Source: Candidatus Eiseniibacteriota bacterium (lineage in GTDB: Bacteria > Eisenbacteria > RBG-16-71-46 > SZUA-252). Taken from it: DNA of 64,000 bases. The notes below the pieces were generated by a model. That model saw only the letters and a program-made list of their open reading frames with translations. It was not told the origin of the DNA and ran no database searches. Both the position numbers and the translations under genes were made by a program. The DNA is taken from NCBI GenBank assembly GCA_963703225.1, contig OY969801.1:736001-800000 (forward strand). The letters are read 5' to 3'. Positions within the stretch are counted from its first letter, which is position 1; every line of letters begins with the position of its first letter. Shown in pieces: positions 44,828 through 55,696 of this stretch.

Positions 44828-44957
44828 AAGTCCGCGCCGTACGACGCAACTCCCGGGCGATCGCGCCCCAGGGGATCGGTGCGTCCACGCGCGTCTCGGG
44901 TAAGGCGCAATTCTTCTCGCGCCGTCTAGTCTGCCCATCTGGAGGAGGTGGTCCCGC

Positions 44958-46288
44958 ATGGTTTCACGCGTTCTGCTCGCATTGGCGTTCACCGCGGTGT
45001 GGCTCTCCACATCGGCCGTCCCATCGACCGGCGGTCCGTCGTCCCCCGAGAACGGCGAGACCGGCAGCCCGCCTCCTCGACTCGCTCCTCACGGTGGACC
45101 CGCTGAATCTCCCGCTCCTGGAGCGCGCGGTGATCGCCAGGAACCCCACGTTGGCGGCCAGGCGCGCGGCGAATCTGGAAATGGCCGCCAGGGCTGACGC
45201 CGCCGGAACGCTCGACGCTCCGAAGCTCGACCTGATGGCGGCGCCGGGGAGCTTTGGCAAGAGCTCCGTCGACGAGGCCTACTCGATCGGGCTATCGCAG
45301 CGGCTCTCGATCTTCGGTCAGCGAGGACTCCGTGGAAAGGCGGCACGCTCGGTGGCGCGCTCAGCGGCCGAGGAATACCGCGCCGCGGGGTTGGACCTGG
45401 TTCACGAGGCGCGCCGTCTCTATTTCGAGTACTACGCGGCCGCTCGAGGCGCCGAGGTGAACCGGGAATTGTCGGATCTCCTGGGACAATTCCGTCGGGT
45501 GGCGCTCCAGAAATACGCCGCCGGGATGGCCGGGCAACAGGACGCGCTCCAGGCCGAGGTGGAGCTGGCGATGCTGGAGCACCAGCGCGTCGTCCTGGAG
45601 CGAAACCGACGGGTGGTAGTGGCTCGGCTTCGGGCGCTTCTCCACGACGAGACCGATCGCGCCCTGCCCGAACCGCCTCCAGAGCTCCTGGAGCCGGCGA
45701 CGTCGGTCTCACCCGATTCCGCTGTCGCGATCGCGATGCGGCTCCGGCCGGAGCTGCGCGGACGCGACGCGCTCCGCGATGCCCGCCAGGACGAGCTCCG
45801 CCTGGCGGAGCGGGCCCGGCTGCCGGAGGTCACCTTGCAGGCGCGCTACGACCGTTTCATGGAAGTTCCCGAGTGGCGGACGGGTGTGGGGTTGGAGTTC
45901 GACCTTCCCATCGGCTGGGGAAGGATCGGCGCGAACGTTCGGGCGGCCGAGGCCGGGTTGGAGCGCGCCGAGGCCGAGCGCCGGGCCGAGCGCGATCGGA
46001 TTCTGTCGGAAATCACAGAGGCTCGCGCCCTCGTCGAGGAAACGATGCACGAGGTTCACATTGTCGAGACGTCGGTCATCCCCGCGACCGAGCGCGCGTC
46101 TGGCCTCGGTGCGCGCGGGCTACGAGGCGAACCGCACCGACTTTCTCTCGCTCCTGAACGCGGAGCGGGATTTGGCCCGGGCGCGTCTCGACATCTACCG
46201 CGCGCGCGCCGAGCAGGGAATGGCGTTTGCCGATCTGGAGCGCGCGATCGGATTGTCGCCGGCCGTCGCCGGGGAGGTGGAACGATGA
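44958..46288 (+). CDS. TolC/CusC-family outer-membrane efflux protein; frameshifts near 45085 and 46100
   Basis: SD GGAGG; NPTLAA, QQDALQAEVEL, RPEL, YEANRTDFLSLLNAE, DLERAIG. Confidence 0.85.
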
Positions 46289-47799
46289 AGGCCTCGAAGC
46301 TCGTGTGGGGAGGCTCCGTGTGGCCCGGATCGGTGGCCGTCGCGCTCGTGATCATGGGAAGCGTCTGGGGCTGCGGCCGCGCGCAGAACGGCGAACAGGG
46401 ATCGGGCCGCGCTGGGTGGCTGAGCTTGGGCAGCTACCAGGTCTCGGTCGAGAATCGGCCGGCGCGCCCGACGGTGGGCGACAACATCCTCTCGATCGCC
46501 GTGCGGGATTCGACCGGTCGGCCGGTTGGCGGCGCGGAGGTGCGCGCATTCATCGTGATGCAGGCGATGGGGACCATGCCGAGAATGGAAAGCCGGGGCG
46601 ACGTGCGCGAGACGCGGCCCGGCCTTTACCAGGCGAAATACGGTCTCGCCATGGCGGGCGAGTGGACCGTGAGCATCGCCATCCGGACGCTCGAACGCGG
46701 AGAGGCGCACGCCGAGTTCAGGCTCAGCACCAGCACCCCGGAGATCGCATTCGTCGGCGGAACGGACTCGACCGGCGATGCCTTGAGGAACGGGTCGGGC
46801 GCCGGCGCCTTCGGCACCGTCATGCTGGATGCCGGCAGGCGGCAGGCCATTGGAGTGCGTACCGCGCCCGTGGAACGGCGCCGTCTCACGGTCCCGATCC
46901 GCGCCGCGGGCCGGGTGGCCTACGACGAGACCCGGCGCGCGGAGATCTCGCTCAAGTTTTCCGGATGGGTCCGCGACATCCAGATCGACTACACGGGGCA
47001 GCTGGTGAGTGCGGGGATGCCCCTCTTCACGGTCTACAGCCCGGAGCTATTGACCGCGCAGCAGGAATATCTGGAGGCTCGTCGCGCGGCCCCGATGGGA
47101 TCGACGACCTCCGGGGAGCGGGATCCCGACGTGGCCGCGTCCGCTCGCCAGCGGCTCCTGCTCTGGGACGTGGCCCCGGCCCAGATCGACGAGATTACGC
47201 GGACCGGGAAGCCGATGGAGTCGGTTCCCATTCTCGCCCCCGTGGATGGCGTGGTCGTCGAGAAGAACGTGGTGCGCGGGAGCGCGTTCTCCGCGGGACA
47301 GACGCTGTACAAGATCGCGCCCGTCGACCCGGTCTGGGTCGTCGCCAGCGTCTACCAGTACGAGCTGCCCTTGGTCCAAGTCGGGATGCGGGCCAAGGTG
47401 ATCGCGCCGTTTCAAGCCGAAGAGACTCGCGGCGGGATCGTCTCCTATATCAATCCCTACCTCGACCCCGAAACGCGCACCGGCGAGGTCCGGCTCCAGA
47501 CTCCCAATCCACGCGGCGATCTCAAGCCCGGAATGTTCGTCGACGTTTCGCTCGAGCGGGAGCTGGGGGAGCGTCTCGCGGTGCCGGAAAGCGCGGTCAT
47601 CTTCGCTGGGGACCGACGCGTCGTCTTCGTCGACCTCGGCAACGGCGGCCTGGAGCCGCGGGACGTGGCGATCGGCCCCAAGGCCGGCGACTATTACGAG
47701 GTCAAGGGTGGTCTGAAGGACGGCGACGTCGTGGTCACCTCGGGCAACTTTCTGGTCGCCGCGGAGAGCCGCATCCAATCAGCGGCCCGGAAGTATTGA
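46285..47799 (+). CDS. cusB: CusB-type RND membrane fusion protein with N-terminal YtkA/FixH-like domain
   Basis: MQAMGTMPRM, YSPELLTAQQEYL, INPYLDPETRT, LKPGMFV, VVTSGNFL..AES. Confidence 0.88.
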   Translation: MKASKLVWGGSVWPGSVAVALVIMGSVWGCGRAQNGEQGSGRAGWLSLGSYQVSVENRPARPTVGDNILSIAVRDSTGRPVGGAEVRAFIVMQAMGTMPRMESRGDVRETRPGLYQAKYGLAMAGEWTVSIAIRTLERGEAHAEFRLSTSTPEIAFVGGTDSTGDALRNGSGAGAFGTVMLDAGRRQAIGVRTAPVERRRLTVPIRAAGRVAYDETRRAEISLKFSGWVRDIQIDYTGQLVSAGMPLFTVYSPELLTAQQEYLEARRAAPMGSTTSGERDPDVAASARQRLLLWDVAPAQIDEITRTGKPMESVPILAPVDGVVVEKNVVRGSAFSAGQTLYKIAPVDPVWVVASVYQYELPLVQVGMRAKVIAPFQAEETRGGIVSYINPYLDPETRTGEVRLQTPNPRGDLKPGMFVDVSLERELGERLAVPESAVIFAGDRRVVFVDLGNGGLEPRDVAIGPKAGDYYEVKGGLKDGDVVVTSGNFLVAAESRIQSAARKY

Positions 47800-47809
47800 G
47801 GAGGCAAAC

Positions 47810-50800
47810 GTGATCGAACGCTTGATCGCCTTCTGCGCGCGAAACCGCGCGCTCACGTTGGCCGCGGTGGCCGTCGCGGCGGCCCTCGGCCTCAAGGCGC
47901 TCTGGGAAACCCCGCTCGACGCGATCCCCGATCTCTCCGACACCCAGGTGATCGTCTCGACCGAGTGGATGGGCCGGAGCCCCGACTTGGTCGAGGACCA
48001 AATCACCTACCCGATCGTGACCGCGCTCCGGTCGGCGCCCGGCGTGCGCTATGTCCGCGGGCTCAGCATGATCGGGGATTCATTCGTCTACGTCGTCTTC
48101 AAGGATGGCGTCGATCCCTACTGGGCTCGCAGCCGGGTGCTCGAATACCTGGCCTCAATCCGGGGCAAGCTCCCCGAGGGAGTGAGCCCGACCTTGGGGC
48201 CGGACGCGACCAGCGTCGGCTGGGTCTTTGAGTACGCGCTGATCGACACCACCGGTCGGAATGATCTCGCCCAGATCCGATCGTTTCAGGATTGGTACCT
48301 CCGCTACTGGCTCCAGAGCGTGGAGGGGGTGGCCGAGGTCGCGTCGGTCGGCGGATTCGTGAAGCAATACCAGGTGGACCTCGACCCGCGCCGCCTGGAA
48401 TCGTTCGGCGTCTCGATCCGAGACGTGGCCGAGGCCATCCGTAGATCGAACGGTGACGTGGGCGGAAGCGTTCTCGAGATCGCCGAGCACGAGCACTTCG
48501 TTCGGGGCCGCGGTTATGTTCGCTCCGTCTCCGACATCGAGCGCGTGGTCGCCAAGGTGGGCGCGGGCGGGGTCCCCGTGACGGTAGGAGAGCTGGGCGC
48601 CGTCCATCTGGGGCCCGACCAACGGCGCGGCATCGCCGAGCTGAACGGCGAGGGTGAAGTGGTGGGCGGCATCGTGGTCATGCGGCAGAAAGAGAACGCG
48701 CTCCGCGTGATCGACGCGGTCAAGAGCCGCCTGGCCGAGGTGGGCGGCTCCTTCCCGCCGGGAATTAAGCTCGTCGTGACGTACGACCGCTCGCAGCTGA
48801 TCCACCGCGCGGTCCGGACGCTCCAGCACGAGCTGATTCAGGAGATGGCGATCGTCGGTCTTGTGATCGTCCTCTTCCTGTTCCACCTCCGGAGCGCGTT
48901 GATCCCCATTCTCACGCTGCCGATCGCGGTGCTGCTCTCGTTCCTTCCCATGTCGGGCCAGGGGCTGACCGCGAACATCATGTCGCTCGGCGGCATCGCG
49001 GTGGCGATTGGGGCGATGGTCGACGCGTCGATCATCATGGTGGAGAACGTCCATAAGCGGCTGGACTCCTGGGAGAGCGGCGGCCGCCAAGAGCCGCGCG
49101 ACCAGGTCATCGTGCGGTCGCTACAGGAAGTGGGGCGGCCCATCTTCTTCGCCCTGATGGTGATCACGGTCTCGTTTCTTCCCATCTTCACGCTGCAGGG
49201 GACGGAGGGCCGTCTGTTCCGGCCGCTCGCCTTTACGAAGACCTACTCCATGTTCTTCGCCGCCCTGCTCGCGGTGACCCTGACCCCGGCGCTCGCGGCG
49301 TGGCTGATTCGTGGAAAGGCCCGTCCGGAGCATGCGCATCCCATTTCGAGCCGGCTCGCCCGCGCCTACGCCCCGGTCGTTCGCTATTCGGTGCGCCGCC
49401 GCCGGTGGGTCATTCTCGGATCGCTCCTGCTGCTCGTCGCGACGGTGCCGGTCTTTCTCCGGCTGGGCGGCGAGTTCATGCCTCCGCTGAACGAGGGGAC
49501 GATCCTCCACATGCCCACCGCTCCGCCCGGGATATCGGAGGCCGAGGCCGGCAAGGTGCTTCAGAGGATGGACCGCGCGCTCAAGCAGGTCCCGGAAGTC
49601 GAGACCGTCTTCGGCAAGATCGGACGGGCCAAGACCGCGACCGACCCCGCGCCGCTCTCGATGGTGGAGACGGTCGTGACGCTCAAGCCGGAATCGGAGT
49701 GGCGTCCGGGCCTCACCTGGGAGGGGCTCATTGCCGACATGAATTCGAGGGTCCGGATGCCCGGCATGCCCAGCATCTGGTGGATGCCGATCCAGACCCG
49801 AAACGAGATGCTCGCCACCGGAGTCCGGAGCGCCGTGGGCGTGAAGGTGTTTGGCCCCGACCTTGGGGAGATCGAAAGGGTGGGGATCCAGATCGAATCG
49901 GCGCTCCGGGGGGTCCCGGGAACCCGCAGCGTCTTTGCCGAGCGATTGACCGGTGGATCGTTCCTCGACTTCGACATCGACCGCGACGCGATCGCGCGGT
50001 ACGGCCTGACGGTGTCCGACGTGCAGGACGTGATCGAGGCCGCGGTCGGCGGGACGGTGGTTTCACAGACCGTGGAAGGAAGGGAGCGCTACGCGATCAA
50101 GGTCCGGTACGCGCGCGGGTTTCGGGACGATCCGGCGGCACTGGATCGGGTTTTGGTGCGGACTTCGTCCGGAGCGCAGGTGCCGCTGGCGCAGGTGGCC
50201 CGGATCGAATTCCGCGGCGGGCCGCCGATGATCCAGGAAGAGGACGGGCAGCTCTTCGGCCTCGTCTCCGTCGACGTCGCCGATCGCGCCCTCACGGACT
50301 ACGTCGCGGACGCCAAGCGCGCGGTGGCGCGCCAGGTGACCATCCCTCCGCGCTACCGGATCGACTGGTCGGGGCAATTCGAGTACTACGAGCGGGCCCG
50401 GGCAAGGCTTACGTTCGTCGTGCCCCTCACGCTCCTCATCGTGTTCGCGCTCCTCTACTTCAACTTGCGCTCGGCCGCGGAGTCCGCGATCGTGATGCTC
50501 GCGGTCCCATTTTCTCTGATCGGAGCCGTCTGGATTCTCTGGATCCTCGGCTACCACTTGAGCGTGGCGGTCTGGGTCGGGATGATCGCCCTCGCGGGCC
50601 TGGATGCGGAGACCGGCGTCGTCATGCTGCTCTATCTGAAGATGGCGCACCGGGAGCGGGTGGAGCGGGGACGCTTGCGAAACCGCGCGGAGCTGACCGA
50701 GGCGATCGTGGAAGGTGCCGCCCATCGACTCAGGCCCAAGGTCATGACCGTGTGCGCGATCCTCTTCGGCCTTCTGCCCATCCTCCTGGGCCAGGGCAGC

Positions 50801-50944
50801 GGGGCCGACGTCATGAAGCGGATCGCGGCGCCGATGGTGGGCGGCGTGGTCACGTCATTTGTATTGGAGCTGCTCGTCTACCCCGCGATCTTCGCGTGGT
50901 GGAAGGGGCGCCGTCTACCCGAAATCGAGGAGGTGCGCGGATGA
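47810..50944 (+). CDS. cusA: CusA-type Cu(I)/Ag(I) RND efflux permease
   Basis: LDAIPDLSDTQVI, GPDATSVGWVFEY, GAMVDA; Met sites LHMPT, PLSMVET, RNEML. Confidence 0.95.
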   Translation: MIERLIAFCARNRALTLAAVAVAAALGLKALWETPLDAIPDLSDTQVIVSTEWMGRSPDLVEDQITYPIVTALRSAPGVRYVRGLSMIGDSFVYVVFKDGVDPYWARSRVLEYLASIRGKLPEGVSPTLGPDATSVGWVFEYALIDTTGRNDLAQIRSFQDWYLRYWLQSVEGVAEVASVGGFVKQYQVDLDPRRLESFGVSIRDVAEAIRRSNGDVGGSVLEIAEHEHFVRGRGYVRSVSDIERVVAKVGAGGVPVTVGELGAVHLGPDQRRGIAELNGEGEVVGGIVVMRQKENALRVIDAVKSRLAEVGGSFPPGIKLVVTYDRSQLIHRAVRTLQHELIQEMAIVGLVIVLFLFHLRSALIPILTLPIAVLLSFLPMSGQGLTANIMSLGGIAVAIGAMVDASIIMVENVHKRLDSWESGGRQEPRDQVIVRSLQEVGRPIFFALMVITVSFLPIFTLQGTEGRLFRPLAFTKTYSMFFAALLAVTLTPALAAWLIRGKARPEHAHPISSRLARAYAPVVRYSVRRRRWVILGSLLLLVATVPVFLRLGGEFMPPLNEGTILHMPTAPPGISEAEAGKVLQRMDRALKQVPEVETVFGKIGRAKTATDPAPLSMVETVVTLKPESEWRPGLTWEGLIADMNSRVRMPGMPSIWWMPIQTRNEMLATGVRSAVGVKVFGPDLGEIERVGIQIESALRGVPGTRSVFAERLTGGSFLDFDIDRDAIARYGLTVSDVQDVIEAAVGGTVVSQTVEGRERYAIKVRYARGFRDDPAALDRVLVRTSSGAQVPLAQVARIEFRGGPPMIQEEDGQLFGLVSVDVADRALTDYVADAKRAVARQVTIPPRYRIDWSGQFEYYERARARLTFVVPLTLLIVFALLYFNLRSAAESAIVMLAVPFSLIGAVWILWILGYHLSVAVWVGMIALAGLDAETGVVMLLYLKMAHRERVERGRLRNRAELTEAIVEGAAHRLRPKVMTVCAILFGLLPILLGQGSGADVMKRIAAPMVGGVVTSFVLELLVYPAIFAWWKGRRLPEIEEVRG

Positions 50945-51273
50945 AGATGCGAATGTTCGCGGCCGCGCTACTGGTCGCCGCGGTCGGCTGCCAGAGCGCG
51001 CCGTCGGGCGGCACGAGGGAAGTCCAGGTCGCGGTGACGGAGAAGGGGTTTGAGCCGAGCGAGATCCACGTGAAGAAGGGCGAAACCGTTGTGCTCGCGA
51101 TCACGCGCCGGACCGAGCGGACCTGCGCCACCGATGTGGTCGTCGGCGATGGCAAGACCCCCGAGGCGCTACCGCTGGATCAGACCGTCCGCTTGCCCCT
51201 CGGAAAGGTCAACGCCGACGTGTCGTTCGCCTGCGGCATGGGAATGTACAAGGGCTCGATCATCGCGGATTGA
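50941..51273 (+). CDS. Cupredoxin-domain lipoprotein
   Basis: Lipobox AVGC; GFEPSEIHVKKG, FACGMGMYKG. Confidence 0.88.
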   Translation: MKMRMFAAALLVAAVGCQSAPSGGTREVQVAVTEKGFEPSEIHVKKGETVVLAITRRTERTCATDVVVGDGKTPEALPLDQTVRLPLGKVNADVSFACGMGMYKGSIIAD

Positions 51274-51374
51274 AGCCGGGTCGGCGCGCTAACCCGGCGG
51301 GCCGCGGTCGAGGACGGATCGCCGCGACGATCGGAAAGGAGTGTGCCTAGGTCACAAATTGCGGGCAGGCGGCC

Positions 51375-52796
51375 CTACAGCGTCTTGACGGCGGCCGCCA
51401 GCTTGGCGATCGAATCCTTGGCGTCGCCGAAGAGCATCATCGCTTTCGGGTCGTAGAACAGCTCGTTCTCGATCCCCGCGAACCCGGGCTTCATGCTCCG
51501 CTTGAGAACCAGGATGTGCTTGGCCTTGTCGGCGTCCAAAATCGGCATCCCGTAGATCGGGCTCTGCGTGTCGTGCCGGGCGGCCGGATTGACGACGTCG
51601 TTGGCCCCGACGACCAGCGCCACGTCGGCACGCTCGAACGCGGGGTTGACCTCGTCGAGATCGCGCAGCTCCTCGTACGGGATGTTGGCCTCCGCCAGGA
51701 GCACGTTCATGTGTCCCGGCATCCGTCCGGCCACCGGATGGATGGCGTACTTCACCTCGACGCCGCGCGCCTTCAGCAGATCGGCCAGCTCCCGTACCGC
51801 GTGTTGCGCCTGCGCCACCGCCAGCCCGTATCCCGGAATGATGATCACCGATTGGGCGAACGCGAGGATCGTCGCCGCGTCCTCCACCGAGACGTCCCGA
51901 ACCGGCCGATCGGCGACCGCGGCCCCGCGGCCCCCCGCGCCGGGCGCCGCGGCCTTCGGAGCGGCGCCAAAGGCCCCAAAGAGGACGTTCGTGATCGGAC
52001 GGTTCATCGCGCGGCACATGAGGTAGGTGAGGAATGTTCCGGATGCGCCGACCAGCGTCCCGCTGATGATCAGCACGACATTGTGGAGCGCGAACCCGGT
52101 CGCCGCGGTGGCGAGCCCCGTGAACGAGTTCAAGAGCGAGATCACCACCGGCATGTCGCCGCCGCCGATTGGGATCACGGCCAGCACGCCGAGCAAAAGG
52201 GCGCCCGCCAGGAACGCGTGGAGCGCGTGGGGACCACCCATTCCCACTAGCGACATCCACCCCAAGACGAGAATCGCCGCCAGGAGAAGCCCGTTCACAA
52301 CCTTCTGGAGTGGATAGGTGATCGCCCGCTCGGTGAAGATGCCCTGGAGCTTTCCAAAGGCGACGATGCTCCCCGAGAACGAGACCGCCCCGATCAGCGC
52401 CCCGAGCAGAATGCTGATCCCGCTGTCCAGCGGAAGCGAGCCGGTCTCGTGAATCAGGTGGCCGTACTCCAGCGTCGAGACGAGCGCCGCCGCGCCGCCG
52501 CCCGATCCGTTGAAGAGGGCGACCATCTGCGGCATCGCGGTCATCGTCACCGTGCGGGCGGCGAACGCGCCGATCGCGCCCCCGACGGCGAGCCCCGCCA
52601 GGATCCACCGGTAGTCCAGAATCTGGCGGTCGAGCAGCGTCGCGACGACGGCGATCAGCATTCCGACCGACGCGATGAGGTTCCCGTTCCGGGCGGTCTT
52701 GGGCGAGCTCAGTCCCTTGATGCCGAGGATGAAGAGGACCGCGGCCAGGAGGTAGGCCGCGTGGATCGCGGTCTGAAGCACGGGGTGGGCCGTCAC
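51375..52796 (-). CDS. pntB: NAD(P) transhydrogenase beta subunit
   Basis: MPQMVALFNG.GG, IGGGDMPVVISLLNS, PGYGLAVAQAQ, HPVAGRMPGHMNVLLAEA. Confidence 0.97.
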   Translation of the reverse strand: MTAHPVLQTAIHAAYLLAAVLFILGIKGLSSPKTARNGNLIASVGMLIAVVATLLDRQILDYRWILAGLAVGGAIGAFAARTVTMTAMPQMVALFNGSGGGAAALVSTLEYGHLIHETGSLPLDSGISILLGALIGAVSFSGSIVAFGKLQGIFTERAITYPLQKVVNGLLLAAILVLGWMSLVGMGGPHALHAFLAGALLLGVLAVIPIGGGDMPVVISLLNSFTGLATAATGFALHNVVLIISGTLVGASGTFLTYLMCRAMNRPITNVLFGAFGAAPKAAAPGAGGRGAAVADRPVRDVSVEDAATILAFAQSVIIIPGYGLAVAQAQHAVRELADLLKARGVEVKYAIHPVAGRMPGHMNVLLAEANIPYEELRDLDEVNPAFERADVALVVGANDVVNPAARHDTQSPIYGMPILDADKAKHILVLKRSMKPGFAGIENELFYDPKAMMLFGDAKDSIAKLAAAVKTL

Positions 52797-53092
52797 TTCC
52801 CGTCCGACCCCGGCTTCTTGCGGAACATCTGCAGCATTCGGTCGGTGACGAGGAATCCGCCCACCACGTTGATGGTTCCCAGCACCACCGCGACAAACCC
52901 GACGATCCGGGCGAGCGTCGAGTCGGCGCTCCCCAGGACGAGCATCGCGCCGACGAGGACGATGCCGTGGATGGCGTTCGTGCCCGACATGAGCGGCGTG
53001 TGGAGGATCACCGGGACCTTGGAGATCACCTCGTAGCCGATGAAGATCGCGAGCACGAAAATCGTGAGGTCGCCCAGGAGGGTGTCGATCAC
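52793..53092 (-). CDS. pntA: NAD(P) transhydrogenase alpha subunit, part 2
   Basis: VP..LHTPLMSGTNAIHG, INVVGGFLVTDRML.MF. Confidence 0.95.
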   Translation of the reverse strand: MIDTLLGDLTIFVLAIFIGYEVISKVPVILHTPLMSGTNAIHGIVLVGAMLVLGSADSTLARIVGFVAVVLGTINVVGGFLVTDRMLQMFRKKPGSDGK

Positions 53093-54294
53093 AAGGCGCT
53101 CCTCGCCGCGCCGGCGCCGCCGTCGACCGCGCCGGCCGTCGCGCCCTTCTCGATCCGCTCTCGGGTCGGGGCGTGGAGGATTTGACCTTCGTGGGTGACG
53201 CAGGTGTCTCGGAGGATGTCGTCCTTGAAGTCGATTGCGAGCTTCCCGTCCTTGAGCAGCAGGAGCGCGAAGGTCGAGATGTTGCGCGAGTACATCTGGC
53301 TCGCGTGGACGGGCAGGGTCGCCGCGAGGCGAATCGGCCCGATGATCGTGACGTCGTGGCGCACCGTTTCCTTGCCGGGCTCCGTGAGCGCGCAATTCCC
53401 GCCCATATCGGCGGCGAGGTCGATGATGACCGAACCGGGCTTCATCGTGGCGACCGCTTCGGCGGGAATCAGCTTGGGCGCGGGGAGCCCTGGGACGCGA
53501 GCCGTGGTGATGATCACGTCCGCCTGCGGGAGGCGCGCGAGCAGAAGCTGCTGGGCCTTGGCCCGCGCCTCGGCCGACAGCTCCTTGGCGTAGCCGGAGG
53601 GGTCCTGCGCTTCCTCCGCGGAGAGCTTGGGTCCGACGAAGGTCGCGCCCAGGCTCTCCACCTCTTCCGCCGCGGCGGGGCGGATGTCGTAGCCCTCGAC
53701 CACTGCGCCCAGGCGGCGCGCCGTCGCGATCGCTTGGAGCCCCGCCACGCCCGCGCCCACGACCAGGACGCGGGAGGGAGCGAGCGTTCCCGCGGCCGTG
53801 ACGAGCATCGGAAAGAATCTAGGCACCGCCGAGGCCGCCAGGAGGACAGCCTTGTAGCCAGCCGCCGTCGCCATGGAGGAGAGCGCGTCCATCCGCTGGG
53901 CCCGGGTGGTGCGCGGGATCAAATCCATGCTGAAGCTGGAGACGCGCCGCTGGGCCAGCGAGCGGACGACGTCGAGGTTGCTGAGCGGCCGGAGCATGCA
54001 GATCAGCACGGAGCCCTCGCGGAGCATCTCCGTCTCGTGGCGGCCAAGCGCGGAATTCGGAAGGGGTGGCTGAATCTTTAGGATGGCGTCGGCATCGGAC
54101 CAAAGAGAAGCCGGATCGGCGACGATCGTGGCGCCGGCGTCCTTGTAGGCCTGATCGGGACGGAACGTGCCCGCTCCGGCGCCGGCTTCGACGAGGATTT
54201 CGGCCCCGGCCGCCTTGAGCTGGCGGGCCGACTCTGGGACGATCGCGACGCGCCGCTCGCCGGGACCGCTTTCCCGGGGCACTCCGATCTTCAT
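53089..54294 (-). CDS. pntA: NAD(P) transhydrogenase alpha subunit, part 1
   Basis: MKIGVPRE...GERRVA, RAQRMDALSSM, GAGVAGLQAIATA, DLAA..GGNC. Confidence 0.95.
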   Translation of the reverse strand: MKIGVPRESGPGERRVAIVPESARQLKAAGAEILVEAGAGAGTFRPDQAYKDAGATIVADPASLWSDADAILKIQPPLPNSALGRHETEMLREGSVLICMLRPLSNLDVVRSLAQRRVSSFSMDLIPRTTRAQRMDALSSMATAAGYKAVLLAASAVPRFFPMLVTAAGTLAPSRVLVVGAGVAGLQAIATARRLGAVVEGYDIRPAAAEEVESLGATFVGPKLSAEEAQDPSGYAKELSAEARAKAQQLLLARLPQADVIITTARVPGLPAPKLIPAEAVATMKPGSVIIDLAADMGGNCALTEPGKETVRHDVTIIGPIRLAATLPVHASQMYSRNISTFALLLLKDGKLAIDFKDDILRDTCVTHEGQILHAPTRERIEKGATAGAVDGGAGAARSAL

Positions 54295-54356
54295 TGCGCT
54301 ACGATCTCGGGATTGGGATTCATCGGGCGCGTGACTCTACCAGAAAGGAGCCACTT

Positions 54357-54920
54357 GTGAAATCTATCACACGGACCCGGAGAACGAAGCGACGGCGGCC
54401 CGCGGTGGCCCCGGAATTCCGCGAGTACATGCGAAAGATCGACGCTTTTCGCGCCGGGCGCCCCCCGCTCCCGCTCCTCCGAACGGGTCCCTCCAAGATC
54501 GCAAGGGCGGTGGCTGGGCTCAGGAAGGATCAACTCCGCCGCAGGCCCGCCCCGGGAAAATGGAGCATCAACGAGATCGTCGGGCACCTTGTCGACACCG
54601 AGTACGTCTACGGATTTCGCCTGCGAATGGCGCTCTCGGAGTCGGGACGGTCGGTGCTGGCGTACGACCAGGCGGTCTGGGCCCAGATTCTGGGACACCA
54701 ACGCCGGGCGGCGCCGCAGATGATGGATGCGATTCAGACGATGCGTCGCGCGACGTTGGAAGTGGTCGAGTCGGTGCCGCGCCGCGCGTGGAAGCGCTAC
54801 GGGCTTCATCCCGAGCGGGGGAGGGAGACCGTCCGCCGCACACTGGAGCTGGTCGCGGGGCACGATCTCAACCACCTCGACCAAATTCGAGCGATTCGCA
54901 AAAAGTTCGGTTGGGGTTAG
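54357..54920 (+). CDS. DinB-family protein
   Basis: SD AAGGAG plus GTG; PAPGKWS..EIVGHLVDTE, AGHDLNHL.QI. Confidence 0.88.
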   Translation: MKSITRTRRTKRRRPAVAPEFREYMRKIDAFRAGRPPLPLLRTGPSKIARAVAGLRKDQLRRRPAPGKWSINEIVGHLVDTEYVYGFRLRMALSESGRSVLAYDQAVWAQILGHQRRAAPQMMDAIQTMRRATLEVVESVPRRAWKRYGLHPERGRETVRRTLELVAGHDLNHLDQIRAIRKKFGWG

Positions 54921-55669
54921 ATGTCAGCCCAGCTTCCGATCGTCTTCATCGGCGGTCTCTTCAACGTCCTCCCGGATGAGCAAGTGCGTCAATGGTTTGC
55001 CCCTCGTAGGGCGCTCTCACCCGATCTCCTGGGGTACGGGGAGTACGCCGACTACCACGCCGAGCAGATCACGATGGAGTCCCAGGCCGACCACGTGGCC
55101 GCGCTGGCGCGCGAATCGGGCGCGGACCGGGCACACCTCGTAGGGCAGTCGGTCGGTGGGGTGATCGCATTTCTGGTGGCGCAACGGCACCCCGACCTTG
55201 TCGCTTCGGTGATCTCGGTGGAGGGAAACTTCACCCTCGGTGACGCGTTCTGGTCGCAGAAGATTGCCGGCATGGAGGAGGCGGACGTGCGCCGAGTCCT
55301 CGAGGTGTCCCGGAAGAATCCGGCGGGCTGGCTCCAAAACTCCGGTATCGAAGCGACGCCGGACAACCTCGCGATCGCGGCGCGGGCCCTGGATGTTCCG
55401 CCGCTCGTGATCCGGCGATGGCGCGCACCGTGATCGCGGCGACCGAGGGGGATCGGTTCATTCGCCTGGTCGAGACGCTGCTGGACGGAGGCCTGCCCGT
55501 TAGCCTACTGGCCGGTGAGCGGTCACGTGATGGTTGGTGCGTGCCAGACTCCATCGCCCAGCGGGCAGGTGGCGTCCGCGTACTGCCCAACGCGGGACAT
55601 CTCATGATGCTCGAGGCCCCGTCGGCGTACTTCGAGCTGGTCGCCGAGCTGGCCGACGGGGACGGATGA
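54921..55669 (+). CDS. Alpha/beta hydrolase; frameshift near 55412
   Basis: PDLLGYG, nucleophile GQSVGG, AGHLMMLEAP. Confidence 0.85.
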
Positions 55670-55696
55670 GGGCTTGCGCCGCGATCCCCTTCGCGC

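Noticed and set aside
45094..47799. 901-aa TolC-CusB fusion
   Set aside because: Indel near 46100; TolC ends at TGA 46288, overlapping the CusB ATG, which has a GGAGG SD
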